A stretch of 64,000 bases of DNA from Salinivenus sp. (GTDB lineage: Bacteria > Bacteroidota > Rhodothermia > Rhodothermales > Salinibacteraceae). The notes under the pieces are model-generated. The model was not told the DNA's origin, ran no database searches, and saw only the letters and a list, made by a program, of their open reading frames with translations. A program made the position numbers and the translations under genes. Shown piece after piece: positions 62,234 to 64,000 of the stretch; the first letter of the stretch is position 1, and every line of letters starts with the position of its first letter. The stretch is from positions 3,040 to 67,039 of the forward strand of contig JBKHEM010000001.1 of assembly GCA_046540815.1 (NCBI GenBank). Direction: 5' to 3'.

Positions 62234-63367
62234 TCAGGACTGGGTGTGGGTCTTCATCGGACTGGTGCGGGTCTCGGTCCGGAGCCAGGCGACGTCGTCA
62301 AACCGGTTCGAGAGCCAGTCCTGGAGGAGGGCTTCCGTGAGGGCCTCCGTTTCGTAGTGGCCGGGGTCGACCAGGGCCATCTCGGGACGGCCGTCCGGGC
62401 CGAGAACGTCGAAGAACTCGTGGTAGGTCACGTCGGCGGTCACGTAGGCGTCGGCCCCGGCGCCGCGAGCAGTTCCGATGAAGTCGCTCCCGGCTCCGCC
62501 GCAGACGGCAACCTGCTCGATGGTCGCATCTTCGGCGCCAGCGTAGCGAAGGCTCTGGGCGTCCAGGCGGTCGGCCACGCGGTCGAGGAACGCGGGGAGC
62601 GGGAGGGGGGAAGGCAGCCGGCCCAGGGCCCCAAGCCCGGCCTGCGTGTTTTGCTGGTGCACGGGGTACAGGTCGTAGGCGACCTCCTCGTAGGGATGGG
62701 CCTCGTGGAGGGCTCCCAGGACACGATGAAGGTTCCAGCGGGCCACCTCCACCTCCAGCTTTTGCTCGTCGGCCGATTCGACATCGCCCCCGGCGGTCCC
62801 AATGTGCGGATTCGTGTTCTCCCCGGGCCTGAAGAAACCGGTGCCCGCAACGGCGAACGCACAGGCGTCGTAGTCGCCAATGCGGCCAGCACCTGCGTCG
62901 GCCAGGGCCTGACGGACCGCATCGAAGGCCTCCTGGGGGACGAACACGGCGAGCTTGTACAGCGTCTCGTCGAAGCCGTCAAGAAAGCCCACGTCGGTGA
63001 GGCCGAGCTGCGAGGCCAGGGCGAACGAGACGCCCCCCGGGGCCGCGTCGAGGTTCGTGTGAATGCTGTAGAGCCCGATCTGGGCTTCGGCAAAGCGGAG
63101 GGCCAGGGTGGAGACGAAGCCGTCGGCCGTCACACCGTCGAGCGGGCGGAAGAGAAGCGGGTGGTGCGTGACGACCAGGTCGGCATCCCGCCGGCGTGCC
63201 TCGTCAAGCACCTGGGGCGTGGCGTCGAGGGCCAGCAGGCCGGTGGTGACGGACCGACTGTTGTCGCCAACCTGGAGGCCCACGTTGTCGTAGTCCTGTG
63301 CCGAGCCGGGGGGCGCCCACGCTTCAAGGGCGTCGGCGATCTCGGCGATGGTGGGGGCAGAAGCCAT
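62234..63367 (-). CDS. Nif3-like dinuclear metal centre protein (YqfO type, with PII-like insert)
   Basis: DNVGLQVG, THHPLLF, HTNLD, HPYEEVAYD, CGGAG, GHYETE. Confidence 0.93.
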   Translation of the reverse strand: MASAPTIAEIADALEAWAPPGSAQDYDNVGLQVGDNSRSVTTGLLALDATPQVLDEARRRDADLVVTHHPLLFRPLDGVTADGFVSTLALRFAEAQIGLYSIHTNLDAAPGGVSFALASQLGLTDVGFLDGFDETLYKLAVFVPQEAFDAVRQALADAGAGRIGDYDACAFAVAGTGFFRPGENTNPHIGTAGGDVESADEQKLEVEVARWNLHRVLGALHEAHPYEEVAYDLYPVHQQNTQAGLGALGRLPSPLPLPAFLDRVADRLDAQSLRYAGAEDATIEQVAVCGGAGSDFIGTARGAGADAYVTADVTYHEFFDVLGPDGRPEMALVDPGHYETEALTEALLQDWLSNRFDDVAWLRTETRTSPMKTHTQS

Positions 63368-63405
63368 GGGAGACGCAAGTGGTTTCTGAGACGAGAACGT
63401 GCCCT

Positions 63406-64000
63406 TTACATGGACTCCAGGTACCGGAGATTCGAGGGCGTGAACCGGCGGGGCGAGAGTTCAAAGTCCTCCACGAAGTCCGACTCGTCCCCGGTATTGC
63501 CTTCGATCAGCATCTCGAATTGGGCGGGCGAGATGGGAAGAAGGCCGAGGCGGCCCGCAGTGGAGACGCCCAGGCGAGCCATGGGCATGGGGATGTGCAC
63601 CTTGGATTTGGGCTCCATTCCAGCCCCCTGGGCGATGCGGTCCAGGACCTCTACGTAGGGCAGGCGGTCGGGGCCGGCAGCAACGTAGGTATGCTCGTGG
63701 GCGGCCGGCAGGGCAAGGGCCTGCACGAAGGCGTGGGCCACGTCGGTCACGTGCACGGGCTGGAGCTCGTAGGTGCCGTCGCCGAAGACGGGGAGGACGG
63801 GAAAGGGACGGACCAGATCGTTCAAGAGCCGGGAGGAGAACTCGGGACGTTCCGGGTCGGGCATTCCAAACAGGAGGGCCGGTCGGAAGATCGTCCAGTG
63901 GTCAAAGCCGGCACCGGTCACGATTTGCTCGGCATCCCATTTTGTTCGCTGATAGGCCGTCCCCCCCGTGGGCCGGGCCCCGTTGGCGCTCATGTGAATG
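63406..64000 (-). CDS. NAD-dependent epimerase / NDUFA9-like atypical SDR, partial (5' end outside the window)
   Basis: HMSANGA, YQRTKWDAE (YxxxK), WTIFRP, LQPVHVTDVA. Confidence 0.88.
   Translation of the reverse strand, partial: IHMSANGARPTGGTAYQRTKWDAEQIVTGAGFDHWTIFRPALLFGMPDPERPEFSSRLLNDLVRPFPVLPVFGDGTYELQPVHVTDVAHAFVQALALPAAHEHTYVAAGPDRLPYVEVLDRIAQGAGMEPKSKVHIPMPMARLGVSTAGRLGLLPISPAQFEMLIEGNTGDESDFVEDFELSPRRFTPSNLRYLESM

Overview
High-GC bacterial chromosome segment with acidic proteins, two type IX secretion (T9SS) cargo proteins and a photoactive yellow protein (PYP). Together these suggest a Salinibacter-like extreme halophile (Rhodothermota); the taxon is inferred, not shown. Most of the window is housekeeping and metabolism: pckA, serC, three-gene pntAB, gyrA, otsAB, fahA, glmM, ctaA/ctaB, rlmN, groESL with a variant CIRCE, mutY, rsmE, secG and the RNase P RNA. 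No transposase, prophage or CRISPR array is visible. The most unusual locus is a five-gene minus-strand blue-light operon at about 31.9-37.2 kb: [helical-repeat protein with a chromophore-less pseudo-PYP domain] - pyp (natural Y42F variant) - p-coumarate:CoA ligase - tyrosine ammonia-lyase - DUF427. The first gene is a good candidate for an undescribed PYP partner or output protein. Also notable are a multi-hairpin non-coding segment at about 250-510, an uncharacterised enzyme co-oriented with fahA, a HerA-like ATPase with no adjacent nuclease, a methyltransferase with a signal peptide, and sigma54-type promoter motifs. Several starts were moved from the ORF track to more plausible downstream start codons, so coordinates are estimates. 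All family calls are from motif recognition; no searches were run.
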